64,000 bases of DNA from Amoeboaphelidium protococcarum X5. Taxonomy: Eukaryota; Fungi; Aphelidiomycota. Made by a program: the position numbers and the translations under genes. Location of the stretch: positions 124,001 through 188,000 of the forward strand of contig JALDTO010000208.1 in assembly GCA_023515725.1 (NCBI GenBank), written 5' to 3'. Under the pieces are notes generated by a model. It made no database searches. It was not told the origin of the DNA and saw only the letters and a program-made list of their open reading frames with translations. Below are positions 14,865 to 28,052 of this stretch, piece by piece. Each line of letters opens with the position of its first letter. Position 1 is the first letter of the stretch.

Positions 14865-15762
14865 TCATCTTGTCGACACTTACGCCAGATCCAGTAAAGG
14901 TTGGAAAGATCGGCCTAAAATGCAGCGAGGACGCCGGGTCAAAAAAAGTACGACAAGCATACCTATTGCTTGAACCACTTCATTTGAACCGATTTTGGCA
15001 CTCTTCTTAATTTAAAAGACACTGCAATTAGATACGGTCTAATCGAATAATAATTGTAGTGCTGGTATTGTAGTCATTTCGTTTCGCGTTATCTGTGAAA
15101 AATGAACAAAAAACATTGCGCGCTGCACTGTTCTCATTATTCGCCTGTCGAGTCTATGCATTTCACTTCAAGGCAAGAATGGTTGTAAATAGCTGAATTA
15201 AGCATTGATCTTATGGCTTCAGTAATGATATTATGTGATGCCAGTGTTGTCATGAGGCTTGAGATAGAGAATGAGGTAAAGATACGTATAGATCGGCTAG
15301 ATCGTCACTATCTAGCTCATCTCTGTTTGTCCGAGATGCTGTTCACATGCTGTTCGCGACGCGATGAGGCGGCCTTTGCAAAGGTAGAAAATAACGTCGA
15401 TCACACTCCCTATTTACACTATTTCTCACCATCTCTGTAATAAATATCTACTATTAATTACACATCTTACTGTACACTTTCGTCATCGAATGTACCAAAA
15501 ATTACCGATGTGAATATACGATCATCACCCGTTTCCAGCTCAGTGTGTCTGTGCGTGTGTTTTTGAGCGCGAGCGAGAGGATGATTCATCTTCCCGATGT
15601 TTACCCCTTTGTGTAAAACACAATCACCATTAGCCGGCACTATAATCATCATTCAGGCGCACAGACTTACCTAATAAACTGCGATTCGGCCGACAGAGCT
15701 CTGCATATACTTCTTCTATATTCTTATATAACATCTGCGGGCATATTGTATACATTTCGTGA

Positions 15763-18420
15763 ATGCACACAGCACAAGATTAGAATTCTCTGATTCCTCA
15801 ATAGCTTGCTAATAACATGCGGATGCCGAAATTTGACAAGACGCCATTCGAGAGGAGTCGATTTCCGCTGGTGGACAGTCTTGGGTACATTTTATATGAC
15901 GGGCATGATTAGATATAGAAGGCTGATACACTGCTTGCCGGTGGTTAGCCTCCTCCCCAAGACATTGTACAGACGTCCCTTAATATTATTGGTGTACCGA
16001 AATGGCGGGAAATGTTGGACTAGTCGATGATGTAGATCAATGATGATTCGTCATGCCGAACCATGGAATACAACGTCACTATACGACCATACTTTTAGTA
16101 TTTGAAGGTTACTCTTAAATTTATATAGTAGTTGGTGTCCGCGAACGATACTTAGAGTCAAGCGAATATTAAGCGAGAAGGTATCCGTGATGGGTGGTAT
16201 GCATTCATGTACTGTATCAATGATGTATCGCAAGAGACCGTGGCCATGGAGAGGCTTGAGCGATTCTCTAGCTGCACATAGAATCTTATGACTGAGCGGG
16301 ATATTGGTAATAATATACTGTGGATCAATCACACCTGTGCTCGCATCCGTGGGTATCCATAGTTCGGGGAGTATAAGTTTCCTGGATTGGATAATTTGAT
16401 CGAAGACTCTATTCATCCTGAAGATATGGACCGGATGAAGCAAGAAGCTCACTCTAATGAAGATTCAGGCGCAGAGTATTATTCATATAAGTACAGAGTT
16501 ATCACTGCCTCAGGTGCTATTCTTCATTACATGTCATAGGGGCGATACTTCTTCGATGCGGAAGGTCAGCGTACTCATGCCACTGGTCTCGTTTTTGATG
16601 TCACGTCAATGGAGAATATGAGGGCAGCCATTCGAAAAAGTGAATAGAATTTGCGTGATATCCTGGACAATTTACCTGTTGCAGTATATGAAGTTGACGG
16701 TGAGAAGCGGCTACATTTTGCCAATAAGAGATTGGAGTAGATGACCGAATTTTCAATAGATGAACTTTTGGGTGATGGATATAATCTTCATCTTTACCCG
16801 TAGGATGGCTCAGCTGAAGAATCTCGAGAGTTGTTTAAGGAGAATATTCAGCAAGGCAAGATATTCAAGTGTCGAGTGTAAATGCGTACCAAAAGTGGAA
16901 AAGTAATTCCAGTTCTGTCAAAGTCTTTGTTGAAGCCTATTGCTAATGGTCACTATCTTGGCATGGTTTTAGATATATCAGATATTGCAGCTTACGAGGA
17001 ACAATTGGAGGAGAAAAATAGACATCTATAGAGGGCTCTTGAGCAGGCCGAGTCCTCTAATAAAGCAAGATCACTCTTCTTTGCCTCTGTGTCTCATGAA
17101 ATCAGAACGCCTCTGAATGGCATAATTGGTAATCTAGATCTTCTAGCTTAATCTGGAGTTTCCGAGGCTTAGAAAGAGTGTTTCGATACTATTGTTGAAT
17201 GTGGTAGCTATCTGGTGTAATTGATTAATGATGTGCTTGAACTCTCAAAGATTGAATCTCAGTTTGACAATTACGGCTCACTTACTTTACGGGAATCATG
17301 CTTTAATGTACAGCAGACCTTTTAGTCTGTTGTATGGATGTTTAAATCCATAGTCAATTAGAAAGGCATCGTTCTGAGTTTAGAATTTGTCAATAATCTT
17401 CCTCAAGATTAAAAGTTCTGTAGTGATAGAGGTACCGCGTCTATTGATAGTGATAGTGACGGTGCTGTATCATCGGGCGATGAGAACTGTGCTTGTACTT
17501 AGAGTAATATAACTAAAGTTGATGTTGGTGCTAGTGATCTTAGCTTCAATAACTCTGATAAAGTGGCTAATAACAATAAAGTGTTTGTGGTAACAGATGA
17601 GTCACGGTTAAGACAGGTGGTGGTTAATCTGCTGTCTAATGCAATAAAATTTACAAGTACTGGTGCTGTTCGCGTCAAAGTTACGATGGATGAAGCGAAG
17701 GAGTAGGATTTATAAGCATATCTGACCGTGGAAGTATCTGATACTGGCTGCGGTATATCATTAGAAGATTAATAGAAACTGTTTCAACCATTCTCCTAGA
17801 TTATGATGCAGCGGAGTGAGAGCGAAGACCTTCCGGCTAAGTTTTAGCATGGTGCCGGATTGGGTCTTGCCATATCTCAGAAATTTGTGGAAGCCTTGGG
17901 AGGTAAGATTTAGATTTAATCTGAAGTTGGCCATGGTTCAAAGTTCTTTTTTACACTGCCCGTTGAGTTGGGCGAAAGCGGAACCAATCGATCTGTGTCT
18001 GACGTTTCTCTGGTGGGACGATAGCAGATTGAATTTCTCAGAATTCTGGTGGTGGAAGATAATCCTGTTAATTTGAAAGTGGCATTAAAGATTCTTGAAC
18101 GTATGGGCTGCGTGGCTGATAAAGTTACCAGCGGTGAGGCCGCGGTCAAAGCTATTTTGGAGTAGAAATATGATTTGGTATTTCTTGACATCACACTGCC
18201 CGATATTGATGGAGTTGAGGTGGTTCGTAGGATTCGCCAGAAGATGATGGACACCTATATTGTAGCATTCACGGCTAATTGTATGAGTGGAGACCGAGAG
18301 GTGTATCTCAAGGCTGGAATGAATGACTACTGCTCCAAACCCGCCAGAACAGAAGATTTTAACATGGTGCTCTCCAAATTTGCCTCTAGACGTGGTAAAA
18401 TGAGTAACTTTAGCGGTTGA
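15763..18420 (+). CDS. Hybrid sensor histidine kinase (PAS-PAS-HisKA-HATPase-REC)
   Basis: PAS IHPED, H-box [14 protein letters not shown]-box [24 protein letters not shown], receiver LVVEDN...[11 protein letters not shown]...[10 protein letters not shown]. Confidence 0.93.
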
Positions 18421-18750
18421 TCGATATAAATCAATTATTCGAATTCGAAGTAATTATGTATGTGTTCCTTTAATATATACAGGTAGAATACAATCATTTG
18501 TTTGAATCTATGTAAAATTTCGATAAGACTTTCTCTAATCTGTTTCAGTTACCAATGTGGACCATCATGTCTTATGAACGTCTGTAAAATAGAGATTCGC
18601 TCAAGTTCTGTGAGTTTCTCTCTGCTGTTCGAGTGATTGGGCGAGACTCAACGTTACTCGCGCTCTTGATCTCTTTGTTGAACATCATCAGTTAATTCCA
18701 TCGAGATTATCAACTGATTTTTAATACAAAATACAGATTATAATTTGAAA

Positions 18751-20602
18751 ATGACTACAGAGAGTGCCGCTGATTTAAAGGCTCAAGGTATATTTGGCTT
18801 TTAGTATGTAAATAGTTTTATGGATAATGATTATATTTTGTGATGTAGGTAACAAGTGTTTTACTGCTGGAAATTATGATCAAGCTGCCGAGTTCTTCAG
18901 CAAGGCTATTGAGCTCAGCCCTAATGATTAGATTCTTTACAGCAATCGCTCTGGCTGCTATACTGCGATGAAGGATTACGATTTGGCATTGAAAGACGCG
19001 GAGTAGTCTATTAAGCTGATGCCTTCTTGGGGCAAGGCTTATGGCCGCAAAGGCGCTGCGCTGATCGGCTTGGGAAAGTTTGAAGAGGCTGCAGACGCGT
19101 ACAGTGAGGGATTGAAGTATGATCCAAGTAATGCTAATCTGAAGAAAGGCGTGGAGGATGCTCAATAGAGATTGAGTTAGTAAGGATCGGCTGGCGGTAA
19201 TCCATTTGCTGGTATGTTTGGCCCTGATTTTATTGCCAAGATTGCTAGTGATCCGAGGACTGCTCCGTATCTCGCTCAGCCTGATTTTATGCAGATGCTG
19301 AATAATGTCAAGAATAATCCAAATTCTATTGCCAGCTACTTACAGGATCCTAGAATGATGGCGGTGATGAGTGTTCTCCTTGGAGTCAACATTCAGACTG
19401 CAGCGTCGCCTGAAGAAGCATCTCAAATGGCTGGTTAACAGGCGACATCTGCTGATAATGAAGATGAAGTGGATGCTGTGCCAGATTTGGAAACCAGACC
19501 CGCTGACTCCTAGGATTTGCCTAGTGATTCGAATGCGAAGGATCAAAAGCCGTAAGAACCATCTGATGTGCCTCAGTAAGAAGTAAATCCAGAGGAGGAG
19601 AAGGCTTTGTAGCTGAAGACTGAAGCTGGTGATCTGTATCGTAAGAAGCAATTCCAAGAGGCTATTGCCAAGTATGAACAAGCTTTGGAGCTGACTCCGA
19701 CTGATATTACCTTACTGAACAATATCGGAGCTTCATGTCTTGAACTGGCGCAATATGAGAAATGTATAGAAGTATGCCAGAAGGCTGTCGATGTGGGCCG
19801 TGAGAACCGTGCCGACTTTAAGCATATTGCGCGTGCTCTGAGCAGAATTGGTGCTGCGTACATGAAGTAGTAGCAATTTGGGGAGGCGATCAAGTTCTTT
19901 GAGAAGAGTCTGTCTGAGCATAGAAATCCTGATGTGTTGAACAAGCTGAAGCAGTGCGAAAAGTTGAAAGAGGAGGACGAAGTGTCCAAGTACTAGGATC
20001 CTGTGAAGAGTGAAGAGGCACGTAACAGAGGCAATGAACTGTTTAAGGGCGGTAAGTATGCTGATGCAGTGAAAGAGTACTCTGAGGCAATTAAGCGTTC
20101 GCTGAAAGATGCCAAGGGATACTCTAACCGTGCAGCTGCTTACATTAAGCTGATGGCACTGCCTGAAGGATTGCAAGATTGTGAGCAGGCGATCGCCCTG
20201 GACAAAACTTTTGTTAAGGCTTATATCAGGAAGGCTGCGATACTGTTTATGATGAAAGAGTACCAGAAGTGTGTTTCTGTCTGCGATGAAGCCATCGAGA
20301 TTGACGAAGCTCACAATGAGGGAAAGTCGCGCTATGAACTCGAGCAGTAGAAGCAGAAGGCAACCAATGCCATGTATGGTTACGGTGCCGATTCAGAGTC
20401 TGCGAACATGTCTCAGGAGGAACGCGCCAAAAAGGCTATGCAGGATCCTAAAGTCTAGTAGATTCTTGCTGATCCAGTCATGAGATAGATTCTAGACTAG
20501 ATGGCTCAAGATCCAAATGCTGCCAGAGATCATCTGTAGAATCCAGTCATCCGTGACAACATTCAGTACTTGGCTCAGGCTGGAATCATTGGATTGCGTT
20601 GA
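18751..20602 (+). CDS. STI1: Hsp70/Hsp90 organizing protein Sti1/HOP; intron 18788-18848
   Basis: Three TPR domains (YSNRS, YSNRAAAY) plus DP repeats (DPRM, DPKV..ILADPVM), ends AGIIGLR. Confidence 0.95.
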
Positions 20603-20857
20603 TTTTTTACTAGTAACCTTATTCAACTTAGTAATGAACGAAGCTAAATGAAATCGTCTTTTGCACATTGTATTTATCGTTACATTGATTACCTAAAAGC
20701 ATCCGATTTAATGCATTCATAGCACGGATTGAACTCGTTGTGTGTTGTTTCAATAGCGCGAACGTTACCATGACGAAGCCTTATTTATAGTCTAACAGTT
20801 CAGCTGTTTCTTTCCATGAAAGCTTAATTTTAATCAAGTAGAAGATTATAAACAGTA

Positions 20858-23758
20858 ATGGGTGATTAAGTGGAAGAGCCATAGTAGAAACCTGCGAAAA
20901 AATAGTTTGGTTCAAAGCCATCTGATTTATGTGACAAGTGTCAGAAGGTGGTGTATCCTGTGGAGAAGCTTTAGCTGAAGAAAGCCATTCTGCACCGAAA
21001 TTGTCTGCGATGTTAGATCTGTAACAAAATTCTCGATCTTTCTACTTATGCAGCAGTGGATGGCAAGTATTTTTGCAAACCTCACTTTACGCAGCTGTTC
21101 AACGTCAATGGTGATTATACAACTGGGTTCCAGCAGGTGGAGAGTAGGAAATTGCAGTAATAATAATAACAACAGGCGCTTTCCTACGACACTCCGATTG
21201 TATCGACGGCTGAAACAATCAACGCCACGCTGTTGTAATAGCAAAGTATCAGTGCTTCGCAATAAGCTGAAAAGCTGCCGTCTGGTGGGAAAGTGAACAG
21301 GGCGCAGATTATAGATGTTGACACTGTGGGGTAAAGCTCTACTGCTGTCGATAAAGCTACAGATTTACTCAATCGGAAAAAGACAGTTAGAGATGTAACG
21401 CGTGCATTTGAGTAACATGAGGAGAAGGCAGTGAAGGAAATGAATGGTCAGTTACCTGATGAAGTGTATGATGAGACTGGAGCGGTGATGTACAAAGAGA
21501 AAATCAAGATGGATGGTGCGTAGAGTGATGGTTTAAAACGCACTTAGAGCTGGGATCAGTTGCGGCAGATGGTTGAAAAGACGGAGGGTGCCAAGTTTAA
21601 GTAGAGCCGAGCTGCTCTGAATGGCGGTAGTGATCCATAGGAGAAAGAGCCTGAGACTGAACAGGAAGTTGCAGCTAAAGAAGAAGCCAAGAAATAGGTG
21701 GAATTAAAACGTGCCAAAACATTTCATGCCATAAAGTAGGCTTAACCTGTGGAGTTATGCGTGGCATGTTAGAAGCGGGTTTATCCGGCTGAGAAGCTCT
21801 TGGTGGATAAGTAGATTATGCACACAGAATGTCTCAAATGTGCTGAATGCATAAAGAAGTTGACTCTAGCTACTTATAACTCATGGGACGGTCAATACTA
21901 CTGCAAGGCTCATTTCAATAAAATTGACAAGACCAAAGTTAGTACCAGAAAATCAAATTAAGCCTTAAATGTTCTCGTTAATGATGGTAATACTCCAGAA
22001 ATAGTTGCTTAGTTTAATACAGTCACGTAAGTAGTGTCTAGAGAAATTGATTTACCCGAAAAGTCCTTTACTGAGACATCTAATGCTTCTGTAACGTAAG
22101 TGTCTCTGGGGTAAGATGTCGATTAAAGTTTATCAGAGGATTAAGAGGAAGTTTATAGCAGTCTCACTGCTCTTCAATAGCATCATAAAGTAGCGTAAAG
22201 TCAATTGAAAGTGAGTGTGTTGACTAATGAAGAGTCTGATGGTGATATTTTGTATGATGGTGATGGCATTATACCGCAATCAGCTTCTTTGACTCCGAGT
22301 GACAAGTTGAAAGTGATCAATAACTTTCTGGATTCATAAAAGTCAGGAAATGATGGAATAGTACCTATTGATAGCAGGATTTCTTCTAATAATACTGCTG
22401 CAATGTCGAATGGCCGTATCGACAAAGATTTGCCTTAAATTCCCATCCAGCCGACTTCTAAGAGCAGGTCTTATGGTAATCTGAATCCTCTTATGCATTC
22501 GTTTAGAAATTCACTCATTTAACTTGGTCAGTCTCTTAATCCAATTACAGATCGTAATCCTCAGCAGTCGACTTCAAATGTGTTTAAGGCTGTACAGAAG
22601 CGTGTTCACAGGTTCACCGTGAAAGATAGAATGAACACCACAGCTTTGATGGAGAAGATTGGCTTTGAGTTTCAAGTGCATGAGGATTGGACAGTCAGGC
22701 ATCTACGTCGCAAGTACGTTGCTCAAGTGGTCTCAGTTCCACAGCCGCTATTTGATATTGAGCTCGACATAAATGGGAACATTTAGGATAATATGAACTC
22801 AAATGGGAGTATTAGTGCCAATGATTCTTTATGTGTTGGCGATGTACTGATGGAAGTGAACGGCCGCAATTTAGAAGGCTTATCTCAGAGTGAAGTATGT
22901 GGAGTATTTACCGAGATTCTGAAGCCTTTAGATCACAGGCAAACATTTTCTGAGACGCCGGTTTAGTCACCAGATAGCACAGACATTGACAGGATCGCGT
23001 TGCCTTCTGAACTGCTGGTGGATAAGAATCTTGTAATTTTGAATATGGTGGTGTACAGTAAGAAAGCTGCCCAGACTTTGTCATATACCGCATCAGCCGA
23101 GTAACTTCGCTATACTGAGGTCAAATTGAAACGATGTGATCCTAAAAAGATATTAGAAGTAGATAATGCTCAGAGAACTGATGTTAACATGAAAGCGTAG
23201 AAAGCCAAGCAATCTGCTGCCAACTCTAAAGATCTTGTTCAGCGCGTGTCTTTGGATCATGGCCCGGAGTATTTTACATTTGATGTCGATGTGTAAAATG
23301 ATATTTTGTATTTCTATGAAAAGCAAGCTCATAAGCTGTATAAAGTACCCTTTGGCTATCCTTAATCGCTGGTGATCAGTAAAATTAAGAAACTGCCCGC
23401 TGAGATGATACGCGATTTGGCACTATCAGCTAATAATGCTGGCGATACTCAGCTCTCACTCCATAAGCTACTTCCTCCTATTTATAAAGTGGTCGAAGGA
23501 GAGTTGAGACTTGGTGACTAGATATGGAAATGGGACGCTGATGTTGTATCCATGTCAGTACCGGAGAAGTTTAACAACAAGCTCGATAATTGGATATCTC
23601 TATCTCAAGATTAGCGAAGGTAAATGGCTGATGGAGTGAAGAAGTTTGGCGCCAACCTGGTCAAGAATTCAACCATAGATTAAGAACATACAATCGGAGT
23701 TGTCAGTCTAAACAAGTTGCATCCAAATTTTAAATAGGCCATCACGAGGTAATAATGA
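20858..23758 (+). CDS. Two-LIM-domain protein with C-terminal PDZ-like domain(s)
   Basis: CDKCQKVVYPVE...HRNCLRC..C...YFCKPHF; second LIM CVAC(Q)KRVYPAE...YYCKAHF; PDZ-like LCVGDVLMEVNGRNLEGLSQSEV. Confidence 0.8.
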
Positions 23759-24133
23759 ATACATAGATCTATACATTTTATGCTACAATTATTACCTTCT
23801 ATCTTATACGCCTTTTAGGTTTTATGAATCACTCTGCAAAGCATAAGACATCTATTGAATTCTTGCTAACTGTATAAGGCCTTTCCGATTGGAGATTTAC
23901 CACATATTCAAGGTTTATTGGGTGTGAGTGCTTCCATATCATGGTAATCGCTCAATGAATGCCACTACTTCAGATCGTACTTTCAATTCACCTGATCTTC
24001 CTCTTGGTGTGGCTTAGCCGATCAATGACCGAATTCAGATCAGCCTCTGATGGCGATTAGGGGATGAAATGAAACATCTTGCACTTCTTTGTGGTCGACA
24101 CTGTGAACTTTACCTCTCTGCTTTGTACTAAAA

Positions 24134-24976
24134 ATGTCTCTATTAGAAGCTTTCATTGTCTTGCTGCTAGCAGCAAGCGTCTAAAGCTATCTGCATTCTT
24201 GGTCTACCCATTTGAAGTCTAGATAAGATGTATTGCGTCTAGAGGAGGAAGGCGTCCGGGTGGCGTTGGCGTCGCGTGACCCATTATATCCGGTGTACTC
24301 AGTATTCAATCCCAACACTAACTAAGCTGGTCAATATAGATTGATCAAGATTTAATATTTTAAAGTTGGCTGGTTGCCTGAAGGTACTTTCTGGCACACT
24401 TCCTTTATCGTGGCCAATCCATCTGAGCTGCGTGTGCGCGATGGTTCGTAACTGGGTGTCGATGCATCTGAGACGCAGGGTGACACATCCGCGGTTCTCC
24501 CTTATTCTAGTAGTGATATCATAGTTCATGGCGCTGAAGGATTCGACGTCGGTAAAGGATATAAACCAGAGAAAGGCTAGAAGCAGTACTTGAGACGCGA
24601 GGTGAACAACTTTCCAAAGTCAGACGCTTAAGTTGGCGGTTAACGTGTATACTTTTACGATGCATGCTACACTCTGAAAACTGTAGAGGAAATAGAGGGG
24701 CATATGCTTAAGACCACAAGAGGCCGCTACCATGCATTCAGAAACAATTGTCTATACCTGACGGAGAACCTGCTGCGATTTACATGTGGCGATGGGGCTG
24801 CTGAAGAGTTCAAACGCAAGTTTCATTTAAAAGGGATGCGCCGTGTTGGTAAAATGTTACCATTTCTGCATTTCCGCGGAAATTGGCAAAGTATACCCAA
24901 CAGCAAATCCTATTAATGGCCATACAAAAAGCGTTCTGCTATATTAGATGAATCGTAAAAGATTTCAAGCATTTGA
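24134..24976 (+). CDS. Secreted PPPDE/DeSI-like (permuted papain fold) putative cysteine peptidase
   Basis: Signal peptide MSLLEAFIVLLLAASV; His motif GTFWHTSFIV and Cys motif YHAFRNNC. Confidence 0.6.
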
Positions 24977-25076
24977 ATAAAGTTCGTATCGATTTACTAC
25001 ATATTTAATTTCTTTCAATGCGCAAGTTCATTGCAATCACCCATTTAATCGTAGCCTTGTCGCCTCGTCGGTAATA

Positions 25077-27365
25077 TCAATCAAACTTCCAAGGCAGATT
25101 GCTAACCATAGAGTCTCCAAAGCTAATCAAAACTCCCAATTCATAAGCAAGATCTTCACGCAATTTCTATTCATGCTGAGCTCTTGCGCGCTCTGTTGAA
25201 TACCTGCGACTGTCATCAGTGCTTTCTAACACGGTAGGACTTGCAGAGTTTCTACTCTACTACAAATTGGTCTATTCACCCGCATCATCATCATTGCCAC
25301 CACCAGTCACACTTTGAGTATCCTACTGACCGGCAACCGACCCGTTCATTGAGCCAGTTGCCAGAGTCAGTCGATCAGTAGCGGCATCTAAAGCCTGGAA
25401 TTCCATTACGTACTATCTAAGCAGACGATTCAAACGAGTTGACTTGAATGTAATCTCATTGGAGAATACATCTCGCACCTGATCATCGCCATCAGAGGAT
25501 GGCAGTCCCAGCAATTGGTGATACTCCGGTAGGGGACCGTAAAAGGGAACACTCTGCTGATAGATTCGATGGATGGAGGCTTTAAAATCATCCTTGAAGT
25601 AACGCAACTTTTCCTTAACACGCAAGCAACGATGATGAACATTAAACAGTACAGGGTATCCAATCTCGGCCTTGGCTGCCAACTATCCATCATCAGCATC
25701 AGAGTTGATATTTCCGCCAGACTCTTACGTATCAGCAGTGGAATCTTCATTACCACCTTCAACAAACTTTATTGATAGATTCTAAATCAAAGTTCTAATC
25801 TCTTCCGGTATCAAATCGCCGGTGACATCTGATCGCACCACCACTCGAATGCGAAAATCTGCCAGCAATTGAGGATGCATAAACGTAATAACAATCGGTT
25901 TAAACTTTTACATTGACGCGTGTACCAAGTCAATCTCACCATCAGTCTTTACATGCAACTTGGTAATCACCCTGTCTTTAGTCTCCAAATTCTTCCAATA
26001 GACATCAACAGACTTCTAGTCATGGAAGGCACTTCTCTACTGCAACTGGAAGCCATCTTCGACGAGGCGATTGCACACCTGCTCAACCAACTGCTGAGGA
26101 GCCTTGTCCACAAATCTTGCATTATTAAAGAACTGTCCCAATTGACGACCATTAGCACGGCGACAAGAATCAGGAAGAGTAAATCGCTGTGGAGGCTATC
26201 CACCAGCACTATCAAAAGTCTACTTGCCAATAGACAGCTCCAGCTTCACGACACTAAATTCTTTATTTGCCACCTTGGACACAAAGTCTGACACTTTCCC
26301 CAGAAGTTAATTCATCAAATCTCTCTAAGACTTCAAATTGAACATCATTCTATTCTGAGTGAGATAGAGCGAAATGCAATTAAATGTATAAGGGGGTAAG
26401 CGCATATTATGATCTTAAATCACATCCATCACGTAACCAGATCCTCCATAGAAAGGATTAATGCTTATAACACCATGGGTAGGAAAGGGATTAGCAAAGA
26501 TCATATGAGACTCTTCCGGTCCAACCAAGCTGTCACGCTGAATCAAATCTTCGATACACTCTTCAATAAGGAAACGAGCACGCTACCTAGCACGACCATC
26601 CCCGATGATGTAGACAGTGGCACTGGTTGAAGTTTCCTCTATACGGCAACTGGCACCGGTGACTTTATTAATGTTCTAAATAATCGCACCATGCTTTCCA
26701 ATGAGAGCAGATACTGCAGTCTACGGCATGACTATGGTGTCCATAGAACGCTCACTCAACAGACGATCAATGCGCTCATCAAACAGTCGCCTAGCCTCCA
26801 TGATACCATTTTCACTTCCGGTAATAGCAATAAGACACAGCAGTCTATTTGAATGATCAGTCTGCATGTGACATTACGTGTTAGTGCGACCACTAATCAT
26901 CCTTATCTGAGAGCCTTCATGCCCAATCAACTTGCCAGCGATAGAACTGGGAATGATCATATAATCAGTCTTGGTATTGCGATTGACTCTATTTATGATA
27001 CCATTGATGAGTCCCTTAGCAATCTCTATATCATTTCTCTTACCCTGAAGTACCACCGGCTAATCTGGCTGAGTTGGTAACTACACCTTGATCGAGGTGT
27101 TGCGTTCAATATAGTCAACATGCTTCCCCGATGGACCAGTGACAATGTTCAGGAGATTTCGATCAATCGCCAGCACTTCTCTCACAATATCCTCATTATC
27201 TGCAACATCATTTTACTCCACAGCGGAGACATCAGCGGCATCAATGGACGTCGTCGCCACCGCAGAACTATCAACATCGCCTGCATGAGGCGCGCCTTAA
27301 TCATGCTACTACTCTTGATTATTCTACTCCGTTGTAATCTCTGTCATTGCGTTTTCAATCGACAT
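25077..27365 (-). CDS. Three-KH-domain RNA-binding protein with uncharacterised C-terminal domain
   Basis: GxxG loops VTGPSGKHV, LIGHEGSQI, LIGKHGAII; 763 codons in one frame. Confidence 0.8.
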
Positions 27366-28052
27366 TAAGAAATTTGATTGTAAAGTTTTATAAGCTTTTA
27401 AGAACTTCTATTTATTATCTTCTCAAAAGTTATTAGGATACAAGAGAATAAAGTCTTATAAAGCGCTCTTTTCTTGGTTCAATCAACTGCCTTTACCGGG
27501 ATTTATATCGAGCGCGCTCTCGCCGGCGGTCAAATACGCGAATCTACATGAACACGCTGATTGTTTTAAAGAGAACATTATATCAACACGATAAACTATC
27601 GAATTTGCTTTATTAACTCATGATTAGTATGTTGATAGTATCAAATACATTGTGAGCTATTCTGATCAAGTTTTAAAATGTCATAGAACCAAATTATGGA
27701 ATAATTAGACGCAACTTACTGATCTCAACGTTCATGCATTGAAAGTCATTCAGATCAAGGGCAAACCAATCCACATTTATAACATTAGTCAAATTAGACA
27801 ATATTCCATTAGATTACAATAAAAGCACTACATTTAAATAAAAAATAACATCATATAATTATAACAATGAAATTGGATGAAAAACAGTCATCATTGAAAC
27901 TGTACTCATTACCAAAGGGGTCATTCAGGAGTAATCGCAGACTCCATTGATCAGTTGAGAGTGATTATGCCGCATTTTACGCTTCTTTATTACGCGTCGT
28001 ACTTTGTATTCACCATAGTTTGTTATTGAAGCATATTATAATTCGCATTAAT

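Noticed and set aside
14865-14867. In-frame TGA as selenocysteine or readthrough
   Set aside because: No SECIS or homology support; nearby GT..AG sites offer a simpler intron explanation
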